Assembly (NCBI GenBank): GCA_003009755.1 | Contig: PXUB01000025.1 | Coordinates: 3,275-67,274, forward strand | Direction: 5' to 3' | DNA length: 64,000 bases | Origin: Thermoplasmatales archaeon SW_10_69_26 | GTDB taxonomy: Archaea > Thermoplasmatota > SW-10-69-26 | Part shown: positions 46,442-55,374 of the stretch, one piece after another | Layout of the letters: each line of letters starts with the position of its first letter | Position numbering within the stretch: the first letter of the stretch is position 1 | Program-made: the position numbers and the translations under genes | The notes under the pieces: generated by a model | Databases searched by the model: none | Seen by the model: the letters and a program-made list of their open reading frames with translations, nothing else | Told to the model about the DNA's origin: nothing

Positions 46442-47747
46442 TCAGTCCTGCTCGCCCTCGTCCTCGTCGTCGCCAGCGTCGAGCCCTTCGCCGAGGACGT
46501 CGGCGTCCATGTAGGGCGCGAGCGCGTCGGGCACGTCGACGGTGCCGTCGGCGTTCTGGTTGTTCTCGAGGATGGCGACCATCGCGCGACTGGTGGCGAT
46601 CGCGGTCGCGTTGAGGGTGTGGGCGGTCTCCTTGTCGCCACCGTGCTTGCCGGCGCGCCTGGTAGTCGGTGCAGTTGCTGCAGGAGACGACCTCGCGGTA
46701 GGACGCGGTGCGGGGACTGTAAACCTCGATGTCGTACTTCTTGGCGGCGACGGTGCCGATGTCGCCGGTGCAGACGTTCACGACGCGGTAGGGTAGATCC
46801 AGCGCGTCGAAGAGGTGCTCGGCGTTGGCCAAAAGCTCCTCGTGGATCTCCCAGGAGTCCTCGGGTTCGCAGAAGACGAACTGCTCGACCTTCTGGAACT
46901 GGTGCATGCGGAACAGGCCCTTCGTGTCGATGCCGTGGGAGCCGATCTCGCGACGGAAGCAGTTCGAGAGCCCGGCCATGCGGATCGGGAGATCGTCCTC
47001 GTCGACGATCTCGTCCATGTACATCGCGCCCAGCGGGTGCTCGCTGGTGGCGATCAGGTACTCGTCGTGGTCCTCGACCTTGTACATCACGTCCTCGAAG
47101 TCGGCGAGGTCGGTGACGCCCTCGTAGGGCTGGCGTCGCATCATCAACGGCGTGGTGACCTGCTCGTAGCCTTGCTCGACGAGGTGGTCGAGCGCGAACC
47201 GCTGCAGGGCGCGATCGAGCTCGACGAGGTCGCCTTTCAGGTAGGCGAACCCGGCGCCGGAGACCTTGGCGGCGCGCTCGAAGTCGGCCAGGTCCTGGCG
47301 CTCGATCAGCTCGCCGTGGGGCAGCAGGTCGTGGTCGGGGACCGTGGGGTCGCCCACGCGGCGAACCTCCTGGTTGTCGTCCTCGTCCTCGCCCTTGGGG
47401 ACGCTGTCGTGGAGGAGGTTGGGCAACCGGAGGAGGCCTTCGTCGCGGGTGTCCTTGGCCCGCTCGACGTCCTGCTCGACCTCGGTGATCTCCTGGCTGA
47501 GCGCCTCGGCGCGCCGTTGGACCTGTTCGGCTTCCTCGTCCTCGCCCTCGCGCTTGAGCTCGCCGATGCGTTCGCCGAGCTGGTTGCGCTCGTGGCGGAG
47601 CTCGTCCAGCCGGTTGCGGCCCTCGCGCCAGGTGTCGTCGGCCGCGATCACGGAATCCAGGCGCTCGAGGAGCTCGGGGTCCTCGCGGCGGCGGAGGTTC
47701 TCGCGGACGCGGTCGGTCTCCTCCCGGATCACCGAGATGTCGAGCAT
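46442..47747 (-). CDS. serS: Seryl-tRNA synthetase, frameshifted near the C-terminus
   Basis: MLDI, LPN, YLIATSE, FRRE, HQFQKVE and [12 protein letters not shown]; [12 protein letters not shown]...ENNQ lies in another frame after about 46650. Confidence 0.9.
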
Positions 47748-47880
47748 CGTTCCCGCCAGGCCCGCGAGAGCCAAAGGGTTTGCCGTTCCTGTCGCCCGGT
47801 TTGTCGCCCGCGTGCAAACCGAACGATGAAGTGGTTTCCCGCTCACTTTGAAACCTGTCGAGAGGCCTGGAGGGTCCACG

Positions 47881-49140
47881 ATGCGAATCCACACCGTACT
47901 GGTAGCCGCGCTCATGCTCACCGCCGGTTGTGTCGGAACAGCCCAGGACGACACCGAGACCGAACCGGCGTCCACGCCGACCTCGGACGCCAACGAGACG
48001 ACCAGGCGCGAGGAGACGCGCACGTTCACCTACGAGCAGAACGTGGGCCTCACGGTCACCGACGCCGAGGCGCAGGTCGGAACGATGGGGACCCCCAGCC
48101 TGGCTCCCGCGATCGGCGACATGGAGCTGACGCTCTCCTGGAACGAGCCCGCGAACGGGTTCGCGCTCGACGTAGAGCTGGCCGACGGATCCACCACCCG
48201 GGTCGAGGCCCCCGACGATCCCAGCGCCACGAGCACCGGCGCCGAGATCTCGGTCGACGGCCAACCTGCCGGCACGTACCAGTTCGACCTCGTGGCCCCC
48301 GACGGCACCACCGTCTCCGACACGGTCACGCTTGAGGGCACGGTCACGATCGTGCTCGGCGAGACCGCCTCCGACGAGGTGTCCACGAACGACGTCGAGA
48401 CCGAACGCACCGACGACGGGTGGCTCGCGACCCAGACCTTCGAAGACACCGGTCAACCCGGGTCCCAAGCAGACCTCGACGCCGACACCGTGAACGGTGC
48501 GATCGAGCTGGCCGGAAGCGCCGACGAGGCCCGCGCCGTCGTCACCGCGTACGCGGAGGCCGACAGCGAAGACGAGGCGATCGACCGCGTCCAGGACATC
48601 CAGGTCACCGTCCGTGTCCAAGACGGCGAGGTCACCGCCAGGGCGGAGGTGCCCGACGACGACTGGGAGGACCGCGGCGCGAACGTCGACGCCGACGTCA
48701 CCGACGAGACCACGCTGGGCGGCGAAGCGGATACGACGAACGGCGCGATCACGCTCGACGAGAGCCGCGTGACCGGGATCAGGCTCGACACGACGAACGG
48801 ACCGATCCAGGGTTCGGTCAGTCCCAGCGACCGGATCGAGGCCGGCACGACGAACGGCGCGATCGAACTCGACGTCGAGCCCACGGAATCGGCGGAACTC
48901 GAGATGGGGACCACGAACGGCGCGATCGAGCTGGGCCTCACCGAAAACGAGGACATCGCGTACGAGGTCGACGCCAGCACCACGAACGACCGCATCAGCG
49001 AGGCTATGGACGAAGCCGAACTCGAGCGCCAAGGCGAGGGCCAGGCCACGCTCGTCACCGAGAACGGCGAGGCCCGCCCCATCCAGGTCACCGGCGAGAC
49101 CGACACCACGAACGGCGCGATCGCGTTCCAGGGACGCTGA
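47881..49140 (+). CDS. Lipoprotein with DUF4097 adhesin-like beta repeats
   Basis: Lipobox TAGC; repeated TTNGAI motif. Confidence 0.85.
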   Translation: MRIHTVLVAALMLTAGCVGTAQDDTETEPASTPTSDANETTRREETRTFTYEQNVGLTVTDAEAQVGTMGTPSLAPAIGDMELTLSWNEPANGFALDVELADGSTTRVEAPDDPSATSTGAEISVDGQPAGTYQFDLVAPDGTTVSDTVTLEGTVTIVLGETASDEVSTNDVETERTDDGWLATQTFEDTGQPGSQADLDADTVNGAIELAGSADEARAVVTAYAEADSEDEAIDRVQDIQVTVRVQDGEVTARAEVPDDDWEDRGANVDADVTDETTLGGEADTTNGAITLDESRVTGIRLDTTNGPIQGSVSPSDRIEAGTTNGAIELDVEPTESAELEMGTTNGAIELGLTENEDIAYEVDASTTNDRISEAMDEAELERQGEGQATLVTENGEARPIQVTGETDTTNGAIAFQGR

Positions 49141-49158
49141 CGCGACCGGTCCCGCGAG

Positions 49159-49599
49159 TCACGGGCCGTCGATCTCCCGCTCGGTCAGCTCGCGCTCGAG
49201 CACGTCCCCCATCTCGTCGACGTGCACGGGGAACAGGCCGATCACGTCGTAGCCGTGCTCCTCGTAGATCTCCATCTTCTCCGCCATGCGGTCCTCGTAG
49301 CTGGCCTGGCCAGCCATGCCCCAGTACTCGATCAGGACGTCCGTGCCCTCGAGGCGGAAGTCCGGCGTGAGGCCGCCGGCCACGGTCGGCTCGTAGACGT
49401 AGGCGATGCCCTCGCGGGTCAGCCAGTTGGCGATCCGTTGTTCGCCCTTGCTGGCCACCCAGGGACCCTCGCGGGTGGGCAGCGGGCGCCCAGGGGGGTG
49501 GTCCTCGCCGTCGGGCTCCTCGACGTGGGCCAACAGCCAGAGGCCGGCGACGAGCGCGAGCCCGACGCCGATCGCCGCGAGGAGCGCGAGGGCGACCAC
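49159..49599 (-). CDS. Membrane-anchored PD-(D/E)xK-like nuclease-domain protein
   Basis: N-terminal TM; SKGEQRIANWL, YVYEP, PDF, IEYWG and KMEIY. Confidence 0.7.
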   Translation of the reverse strand: MVALALLAAIGVGLALVAGLWLLAHVEEPDGEDHPPGRPLPTREGPWVASKGEQRIANWLTREGIAYVYEPTVAGGLTPDFRLEGTDVLIEYWGMAGQASYEDRMAEKMEIYEEHGYDVIGLFPVHVDEMGDVLERELTEREIDGP

Positions 49600-49924
49600 G
49601 GTCGACCAGGCCCGGGGCCGACGAAACCGTTTGGGCCGGGCAGAGAGTTGGACGCTTGCGCCGAAACGATGCAGACGCGGCCAGCCGGCTGCCTGTCACG
49701 ATGGAGCTGCGGATCGTAGTTCTCGTCGCCGCGTCGCTCGTCGGCCCCGAGCTGGCGCTGGGTTGGGAGGCGTCGGCCAACGGGTTCCCGCGCGCTCACG
49801 GTCCCGAGGGTCCAGCGACGCATCGACGTCTCCAGCGGCGGCCCTGGGGCCGACCGGCGGCGTCGACCTGCTCGCCGCGTCGACGAACGGCGACGGGGCC
49901 GTCCGGGGACGCTGACGCCCAGCC

Positions 49925-51469
49925 TCACTCGGACGCCGTGGGCGGGTGCCCGTCGGGGTCCTCGGCATCGTCGAGCTCCTCGCGGGGGAGATCCTCGGCC
50001 AGCGGGTCCTCGCCTTCGCCCTCCCAGATCGTGCGTTGGGGGAACGGGATCGTGATGTCGCGTTGGCGGAACCCCTCGTCGATGCGGTTGCGGATCTCGC
50101 TGGCGATGCGGAACCGCTCGGGCACCTCATTGATGTAGAAGGCCAGCCGGAAGCGCAGCCCGTTGTCGCCGAACGCCTCGAAGAACAGGCGCGGCTCGGA
50201 GCCCGAGCCGGAGAGGACGTCGGGGTGCTCGTTGACCTCGTCGAGGATGACCTCGCGGACCTCGGCCAGCGGCGAGCCGTAGGCGACGGAGAGGTCGAGG
50301 TGGATCCGGTAGCGGCGGTCGGGGTAGGCCAGGTTCGTGACGCGGGAGTTCTCGAGTTCGTTGTTGGGGGCCACGATCATCTCGTGGTTGCGGTAGTAGT
50401 ACAGGCGGGTGCTGCGCAGCCCGATGCGGTCGACCCGGCAGACCTCGCCCGTGTCGAGCCGGATCTCGTCGCCCTCGCGGAAGGGCTGATCCATCAGGAT
50501 GAACAGGCCGCTGAACAGGTTGGCCAGCGTCGGGCCCAGCGAGTTCGACAACACCAACCCGATCACGACACCGCCGGCCACCAGCCAGCCGAGATCGATG
50601 CCGACGCTTTGCAAGACGTAGAACAGCGCGAAGGCGCCGATCCCGGCGAGCAGCACCTTGCGCAGCACAGGGATGGCGACCTCCTCCCACCTCGTGCCGG
50701 TGCGAGGTTGCCCGCGACTTCCGTAATACAGCAACAAGCTGTCGGCCACGCGGTAGCCGAGGAACGCCAAGGAGACCGCGAAGGCGGCCGTGAGCACGCT
50801 TCCGAACGTGCCCGGGATCCCCTCGGGCGGGGCCAGCCGCCAGGTGTACTTGATGCCGGCGACGACGAGCGTGATGAACAGCGGGCCGTCGATCCGGTCG
50901 AGGACCTTGCTGCGCAGGCCTTTCGGGATGAACGTCATCCCGCGGTCGACCGCGACGTCGTTCATCCGCATCACGGCGAACGCCAGCGTGAGCCAGGTCA
51001 CCATCTCGAGCGCGAACACGCCGGTCGGGCCGTCGACCGGGGACGGCAGCGGGTTCTCCCAGCGGTCGAACACCAGCGCCGGCGCCTCGACGGCCGCGAT
51101 CAGGTTCACGGTATGGCGTTCGGTGGTGGCGTCGGCCTGGTCGACGAGCGTGATCTGGATCTGACCTTCGTGGCGGCCGGCGCCCAGCGCTTGTCCGTCG
51201 GCGAGGACGGTGAGGTTCCTGGTCTCGTTCGCGGCCAACGTGAACTCGGACGGGGCCACCGACAGGCCCTCCTGGACGCCCTCGCCGAGCTGGGCCTGAC
51301 CGAACAGGTCACGGTCGACGGGGTTCCGCAGCTCGATCTCCTGCTCGGCGGCCTCGCCGGTCAACACCTCGAACCGGAGCTCGGTCGGGCTGACGAACGT
51401 CTGACCGAGGGCTGGCGCTGTGACGACGAGGAGGATGCCCAGCGCCAGCAAGCACCGCCTGAGCCGCAC
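49925..51469 (-). CDS. MscS mechanosensitive channel with N-terminal extracellular Ig-like domain
   Basis: LANLFSGLFILMDQPFREGDEI, IGLRST, PNN and IPFPQR; signal peptide and beta-rich N-domain. Confidence 0.9.
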   Translation of the reverse strand: MRLRRCLLALGILLVVTAPALGQTFVSPTELRFEVLTGEAAEQEIELRNPVDRDLFGQAQLGEGVQEGLSVAPSEFTLAANETRNLTVLADGQALGAGRHEGQIQITLVDQADATTERHTVNLIAAVEAPALVFDRWENPLPSPVDGPTGVFALEMVTWLTLAFAVMRMNDVAVDRGMTFIPKGLRSKVLDRIDGPLFITLVVAGIKYTWRLAPPEGIPGTFGSVLTAAFAVSLAFLGYRVADSLLLYYGSRGQPRTGTRWEEVAIPVLRKVLLAGIGAFALFYVLQSVGIDLGWLVAGGVVIGLVLSNSLGPTLANLFSGLFILMDQPFREGDEIRLDTGEVCRVDRIGLRSTRLYYYRNHEMIVAPNNELENSRVTNLAYPDRRYRIHLDLSVAYGSPLAEVREVILDEVNEHPDVLSGSGSEPRLFFEAFGDNGLRFRLAFYINEVPERFRIASEIRNRIDEGFRQRDITIPFPQRTIWEGEGEDPLAEDLPREELDDAEDPDGHPPTASE

Positions 51470-51580
51470 GACCGGTCCCACAGGGTCGGCGCTTATGAAC
51501 ATGCGGGGTCCGGCGAGCGCCGGGCTCGATGGTCCAGCGGGCAGGAACGCTTATGTGCCGCCAGCGGGGCTGGTGACCTC

Positions 51581-52921
51581 ATGCGAGTTGCCGTCGGTCT
51601 CGCTTTGGTCCTGCTCGCGCCCGGGTTCGCCGGTTGCGTCGGGACGACGAGCGAGGAGGGGATCGATGCCGCCAGCCAGGACGCCGTGAACGCCTCCGAC
51701 GAGCTCGAGGACGTCCAGGAGGCGCTGGACGCCGGCGAGCCCTCGGCCAACGTCGACGTGCTCGGCGCGTGGAAGAACGGCGTGAGCGAGGAGGCCGACC
51801 CCCACCAGGACAAGATCTTCGTGGACCGGGGCGACAAGGTCGCGATCCTCGACGTCTCCAAGAAGGACGACCCCGAGAAGGTCGGCGAGATCGCCGACCT
51901 GCCGACGGCGCTCGACGTCAAGGTCAGCGACGACGGCAACTACGCCTTCATCGGAGACGACACGTCCGGCAGCACGGAGGCGACCGGCGGCACCGGGCCC
52001 TTCACCGGTGGCGTCTACGTGTTCGACGTCTCCGATCCGCGCTCGCCCGAACGCGTCGCCTACGCCCCCGTCGGCGCCGACCGCGGCCCCCACATGGTGT
52101 ACTACCAGCAGACCGGGGACGGGCGAGAGCTGGTGTTCTCCGCCAGCGGCAACGACGTGACGATCCACGAGTTCGACCGGGACGCCGACGAGCTCGAGGA
52201 GCTGGCCAGCTACGAGCCCGGTCAGCTCGCCCAGGACCGCGACCCCAACCGCGTGGGGGCGCTGTACAACCCGCAGGCCTGGCTGCACGACATGTTCGTC
52301 ATGGAGGAAGAGGACGGCACGCTCATGATGTACGTGGCCGCCTGGGACGCCGGCTTGCACATCGTCGACGTGACCGACCCCGGCTCGCCCGAGCAGCTGG
52401 GCACCTGGAGCGACTTCGGCGACGACGAGGCCGGCAACCTGCACACAGTCGCCACCGACTGGATCGGCGACCGCCGGATCACCGTCGGATCGGTCGAGGT
52501 CGGCTTCGCCGTCGTGGGCGGCACGCTTTACGCCACCGGCGACGAGAAGTCCGTCACGTACGTCTGGGACACGACCGATCCCGACCAGCCCGAGCTGCTC
52601 GGCACGTGGACCAACCCGGTCGATCCGACGAGCGGGCGCGACTACGCGCCCGACGAGGAGATCTCGAGCACGCACAACCTCCAGCTCGAGAACGGGCGCA
52701 TCTACCAGGCTCACTACGACCTGGGGGTTTGGGTGATCGACGTCTCCACGCCCGCCCACCAGTCCGACCCGGCCACGGTCGGCTACCATTACACGGACGA
52801 GATGGGCACCTGGGACGTCGTGCTCAACGACGGCGTGATGTACACGAGCGGCGACGTGGGCGTGAAGGCGCTGACGTTCGCCCTCGACGAGCCCGGCAAC
52901 GGTCTGTTCAGCCGGGCCTGA
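51581..52921 (+). CDS. LVIVD-repeat lipoprotein
   Basis: Lipobox FAGC; repeats VAILDVS, VYVFDVSDP, LHIVDVTDP and VWVIDVSTP. Confidence 0.9.
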   Translation: MRVAVGLALVLLAPGFAGCVGTTSEEGIDAASQDAVNASDELEDVQEALDAGEPSANVDVLGAWKNGVSEEADPHQDKIFVDRGDKVAILDVSKKDDPEKVGEIADLPTALDVKVSDDGNYAFIGDDTSGSTEATGGTGPFTGGVYVFDVSDPRSPERVAYAPVGADRGPHMVYYQQTGDGRELVFSASGNDVTIHEFDRDADELEELASYEPGQLAQDRDPNRVGALYNPQAWLHDMFVMEEEDGTLMMYVAAWDAGLHIVDVTDPGSPEQLGTWSDFGDDEAGNLHTVATDWIGDRRITVGSVEVGFAVVGGTLYATGDEKSVTYVWDTTDPDQPELLGTWTNPVDPTSGRDYAPDEEISSTHNLQLENGRIYQAHYDLGVWVIDVSTPAHQSDPATVGYHYTDEMGTWDVVLNDGVMYTSGDVGVKALTFALDEPGNGLFSRA

Positions 52922-52924
52922 TGC

Positions 52925-54967
52925 TCACGTGGGCCGGCGGAGGACCGCGGCCCCCGCGAGCGCAGCGGCGAGCACCGCCAGGCCAGCCGCGGGGGTGTCC
53001 TGCGTGTCGTCCCCGTCGGTCGTGTTGGCCGTCGTGTTGTCCGAGGGTTCGGGGTCCCCGTCCGTCTGCGGCGTCGGATCGTCGGCGTCCCGCGGGTCCG
53101 AGCCTTGCTCGCACTCGATCCCGTTCGGGATGCCGTCCCCGTCGTCGTCCGTGGTCGGGGTCGAGCTCGCCTCGTAGGGGTCCGAGCACTGCTCGAGCTC
53201 GACGTCGGTGGCGAGGCCGTCGCCGTCGGGGTCGCCCCACTCGTTGGGCGTGTGGGGTTGGGGATCGCGGGCGTCGGGCACGCCGTCGTCGTCGCTGTCG
53301 AGCACGACCTCGACCGAGACGGGTTCGCTCCAGTTGCCGGTGGCGTGGCTGTTCGAGGCGCGGACACGGAAGAAGTACGTGCCGTCTCCGTCGACGCGCA
53401 CCGTCTCGTTCGCGTCGCTGCCGGCCTCGATGATCTGGGTCGCGTTCGTGGACTCGCCGCGCCGCTGTTGCTCGATCTGGTAGACGATCGGACCCTCGAC
53501 AGGGGCCCAGTTGATCGTGAACAGGCCGTCGCTGTCGCGGTTGGTGCCCTCGAGGCCGGTGGGGGCTTGGATCTCGGGCGTGTCGGGTTGGAAGGCGTCG
53601 GTGTTCACGAGGAACGGGAACCGGGTGCTGGCCTCGCCGGCGGGCCCGGAGGCGTTGACGACGAGGTGGTGGCGGCCGTCCTCGACGTCGCTGGTGTTGA
53701 CGGTGAGCTTCCACCAGGGCCCGCTGGGAGCGGCCTGCTGGACGGAGCCGTTGGCTTCCACGTGGCCGGTGACGTCGCTGGCGGGGTCCGCGCTGCGGTC
53801 GAGCACGCCGACGAGGAACCGTTGGTCGGTGCCCGGCTGAGCCAGCCGTCCCGGCTTGGGATCGAGCACGCGCACCAGCGGACCCTCTCCCGGTGTGACC
53901 TCGACGACCGTGCCGTTGTGGCCGACGGCCAGCGCACGGGAGCCGTCGTGGGCGAACGCGCACCCCAGCAGGTCGGGTCCCTGGTGGACGAGCGGGGCCC
54001 ACATGCGGTCGTCGGCGTACCCGAGCACGTCCTGCTCGAGCCCGGTCACGAGCGCGTACTCGCCCTCGGGGTGCCAGTCGATGCAGGTCGCTGGGCCGGC
54101 GGGTTTGCCCGCGCCCATGTACCGGTAGCTGTGGTCGTGGCACTCCGAGCGGTTCTCGTGGTCGTGGCAGTCCAGCCGGTCGGCCGACCACGTCATGAAG
54201 CTGGCGCCGGGACCGTCGCGGCCGGCGAACGTGGCGAAGGTGCCGTTGGGGGCGAACGAGATCGCGTTGAGGAGGGCGTCGCCGCGCTGGAAGCGCCCGT
54301 AGATGGCGACGTTGTCCTCTCGCGTCATCTCGGCGTAGCCGTTCGTGCGCCAGACGGTGCCCAGCACGGCGTCGTCCTCGCGCTGGACGGCGGCCTCGAC
54401 GAGCGCGTAGTCGGAGGCGGGGTTGAAGTCGATCGAGCGGAAGAAGGCGCCCTCGCCGCTGTGCACGACCTCGAGCGAGCCGTTGGCGTCGACGCGCAGC
54501 AGGCTGGATCCGCTGACGAGCGCGAAGCTGTCGTCGGAGCTGAACGAGGTGCCGAGGCCGTAGAAGGTCAGGTTGCGGTCGTCGTCGGCGAAGCGGCTTT
54601 CCTCCCACACGTCGCGGTAGTCGCCGGGTTGGCCGTACAGGATCGTGTCGCGCAGCCCGACGACGACCTGGGTGCCATCCGAACGGACGTCGACGTCGAC
54701 CAGAGCCGGCCCGGACCGGTTGTAGACCTCCTCGAGACCGGTCCCGGGCGTCCACTCGGCGATCAGGCTGTGCGTGGTGTCACCGTCCTCCCAGGCGCCG
54801 ACGAGCGTGGCCTGCGTCTGGTTGGGATGGAAGGCGACCGATCGCCAGGTGACCGAGTCGCCGGTGTCGCTTCGTTGCACCTCGTCGTCGGGCGAGGGCG
54901 CCTGATGGAAGGCGGCCGCCGTCGGGACGAGCAGGAGGAACAGCACGAACAGCGCGAACGCCCGCAC
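52925..54967 (-). CDS. Surface protein: beta-propeller, FN3-like, acidic Ca-binding repeats, CTERM-like anchor
   Basis: Signal peptide; propeller blades (VAFHP, IDFNP, ISFAP, IDWHP); YFFRVRA; DSDDDGVPD; TPAAGLAVLAAALAGAAVLRR. Confidence 0.85.
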   Translation of the reverse strand: MRAFALFVLFLLLVPTAAAFHQAPSPDDEVQRSDTGDSVTWRSVAFHPNQTQATLVGAWEDGDTTHSLIAEWTPGTGLEEVYNRSGPALVDVDVRSDGTQVVVGLRDTILYGQPGDYRDVWEESRFADDDRNLTFYGLGTSFSSDDSFALVSGSSLLRVDANGSLEVVHSGEGAFFRSIDFNPASDYALVEAAVQREDDAVLGTVWRTNGYAEMTREDNVAIYGRFQRGDALLNAISFAPNGTFATFAGRDGPGASFMTWSADRLDCHDHENRSECHDHSYRYMGAGKPAGPATCIDWHPEGEYALVTGLEQDVLGYADDRMWAPLVHQGPDLLGCAFAHDGSRALAVGHNGTVVEVTPGEGPLVRVLDPKPGRLAQPGTDQRFLVGVLDRSADPASDVTGHVEANGSVQQAAPSGPWWKLTVNTSDVEDGRHHLVVNASGPAGEASTRFPFLVNTDAFQPDTPEIQAPTGLEGTNRDSDGLFTINWAPVEGPIVYQIEQQRRGESTNATQIIEAGSDANETVRVDGDGTYFFRVRASNSHATGNWSEPVSVEVVLDSDDDGVPDARDPQPHTPNEWGDPDGDGLATDVELEQCSDPYEASSTPTTDDDGDGIPNGIECEQGSDPRDADDPTPQTDGDPEPSDNTTANTTDGDDTQDTPAAGLAVLAAALAGAAVLRRPT

Positions 54968-55343
54968 GAGCCCGTCAGGGCGACCGCCGGGAGTTAAGGC
55001 TTGCGGAGAGGGCGCACAGCCGGTCGAGAAGGGAACAGCGGGGAAGAGGGCCAGAGCCCTCACACAGAGACCCAAAGGCACGGAGGAGAGGGAAGGCCAG
55101 GATGGGACGAAGGAGGCGGTCGGCGGTGCGCGTGGGCGGGTCGGCTGGCGAGTTCCTTCGGGAAGGTGTCGAGGGAGGTGGGCAGCGATCGCAGAGGTGG
55201 GCCGCTGGGCCGAGCAACCCCGTGCTTGTTCGTCCGCGACCGACCCGCCTCCGGTGGCCGACCAGATTCGGTCGCTCGGCTTCCTTTGCCCTTCCCTGCC
55301 TTGCGGCGCTCACGCTGACCCCCTGCCGTCTCCTCTGTGAACG

Positions 55344-55351
55344 TTTATGAA
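55344..55351 (+). promoter_or_regulatory. TATA box for a probably leaderless valS transcript
   Basis: TTTATGAA ending 24 nt before the ATG in a GC-rich context. Confidence 0.6.
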
Positions 55352-55374
55352 CGGGAAGGGGGCTCGCCGCGTCG

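Noticed and set aside
45172-49032. Very long alternative ORFs (e.g. 1286 aa here, 58457..61690, 30681..33476, 55345..58209)
   Set aside because: They are Arg/Pro/Gly-rich or antisense shadows of recognisable genes, expected at high GC.
49700-49915. Fragment of a secreted protein gene (MELRIVVLVAASLVG...)
   Set aside because: Short and frame-broken, with no identifiable family.
55000-55374. T-box riboswitch ahead of valS
   Set aside because: No T-box consensus is present, and the TATA position implies a leaderless mRNA.
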